15,799 nucleotides of DNA from positions 1-15,799 of the forward strand of contig PWMT01000003.1 of the NCBI GenBank assembly GCA_003558085.1. The letters run 5' to 3'. The DNA is from Methanobacteriaceae archaeon. GTDB taxonomy: Archaea; Methanobacteriota; Methanobacteria; Methanobacteriales; Methanobacteriaceae. Shown piece after piece: positions 15,114 through 15,799 of this stretch (the stretch's first letter is position 1; each line of letters begins with the position of its first letter). A program made the position numbers and the translations under genes. The notes under the pieces were generated by a model, which made no database searches, was not told the DNA's origin, and worked only from the letters and a program-made list of their open reading frames with translations.

Positions 15114-15799
15114 TTAAGAAATATTATTTTCTAATTTCTTTCTAACTTCTTGAGCCATTTCCATAGTGGAAGCACTTCCTCCTAAATCACCAGTGACCAC
15201 TTTTCCCTCAGCAAGCACATTAACTAATGCTTTTTCCATTCTACGTGCTTCATAATTTTCTTCAAGATAATCGAGCATTAAAACTGCCGATAAAATCATC
15301 GCTGATGGATTAGCAGTTCCTTTACCTGCGTGACTGGGCGCTGAGCCGTGTACTGGTTCGAATAGTCCTTGTTTGTCTCCGATGTTGGCGGAGGGTATTA
15401 GTCCCAGTCCCCCTACCAGGCCTGCGCCTTCATCAGAGAGTATGTCTCCGAAGAGGTTGGTGGTTACCACCACGTCGAAGATGTGTGGTTTGGTGATAAA
15501 GTACATGGCGGTGGCATCCACGTAAAAGTCTTCGGATTGGATGTTGGGGTATTCTCGGGCCACTTTATAGAAACTGTCTTTGAACACACCGTCGGTTTTT
15601 TTAAGCACGTTGGCTTTGTGCACTGCGGTGACTTTTTTCCTACCGGTTTTTTGAGCATATTCAAAGGCAAATTCAGATATTCTCTTAGAAGCCCGGTGAG
15701 TGATCACTCTTTTAGCAACCGCACCCTCATCAGTAAACTCCTCCAAACCAGAATACATTCCTTCCGTATTTTCCCTAACAATCACAAAATCCAAATCAG
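15114..15799 (-). CDS. leuB: Beta-decarboxylating dehydrogenase, probably 3-isopropylmalate dehydrogenase (5'-truncated by the window edge)
   Basis: IVRENTEG.Y, VHKANVLK.TDG.F, NLFGDILSD, SANIG, FEPVHGSAP, ANP.A.ILS, TGDLGG; frame stays open to the edge. The AksF (homoisocitrate dehydrogenase) paralog cannot be excluded from this fragment. Confidence 0.8.
   Translation of the reverse strand, partial: DLDFVIVRENTEGMYSGLEEFTDEGAVAKRVITHRASKRISEFAFEYAQKTGRKKVTAVHKANVLKKTDGVFKDSFYKVAREYPNIQSEDFYVDATAMYFITKPHIFDVVVTTNLFGDILSDEGAGLVGGLGLIPSANIGDKQGLFEPVHGSAPSHAGKGTANPSAMILSAVLMLDYLEENYEARRMEKALVNVLAEGKVVTGDLGGSASTMEMAQEVRKKLENNIS

Noticed and set aside
15464-15670. 68-aa Pro/Thr-rich same-strand ORF overlapping the leuB-family gene
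   Set aside because: Frame-shifted shadow produced by the C-ending codons of the GC-rich patch.

Overview
AT-rich (roughly one-third GC by eye), gene-dense housekeeping region of a methanogenic archaeon, most likely Methanobacteriaceae. The assignment rests on methanogenesis marker 11, CfbA, a tandem-domain PurE and GGTG/GGAG ribosome-binding sites. Gene order: 3' end of a probable TrkA-C protein; SLC41/MgtE transporter (+); two orphan class III signal peptide (pilin-like) genes (-); DUF35 Zn-ribbon/OB-fold, cfbA, thiL, AmmeMemoRadiSam radical SAM (+); purE and a UbiD-family decarboxylase (-); a membrane GT2 glycosyltransferase (+); then leuB-family (partial), cysteine desulfurase, an unannotated 27-aa membrane peptide, ribH, a stand-alone hisF and mmp11 (-). 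No CRISPR array, RNA gene or mobile element was seen. Best leads: (1) the solitary HisF keeps its cyclase catalytic residues but has lost HisH-interface and ammonia-gate residues, making it a candidate glutaminase-independent enzyme; (2) a 13-codon uORF ending His-His that could pair with the hisF Shine-Dalgarno site; (3) the 27-aa single-helix protein missed by the ORF track; (4) reciprocal degeneration of the two PurE domains; (5) a GC-rich, codon-shifted patch inside the leuB-family gene. All family assignments come from motif recognition and memory, not database searches.
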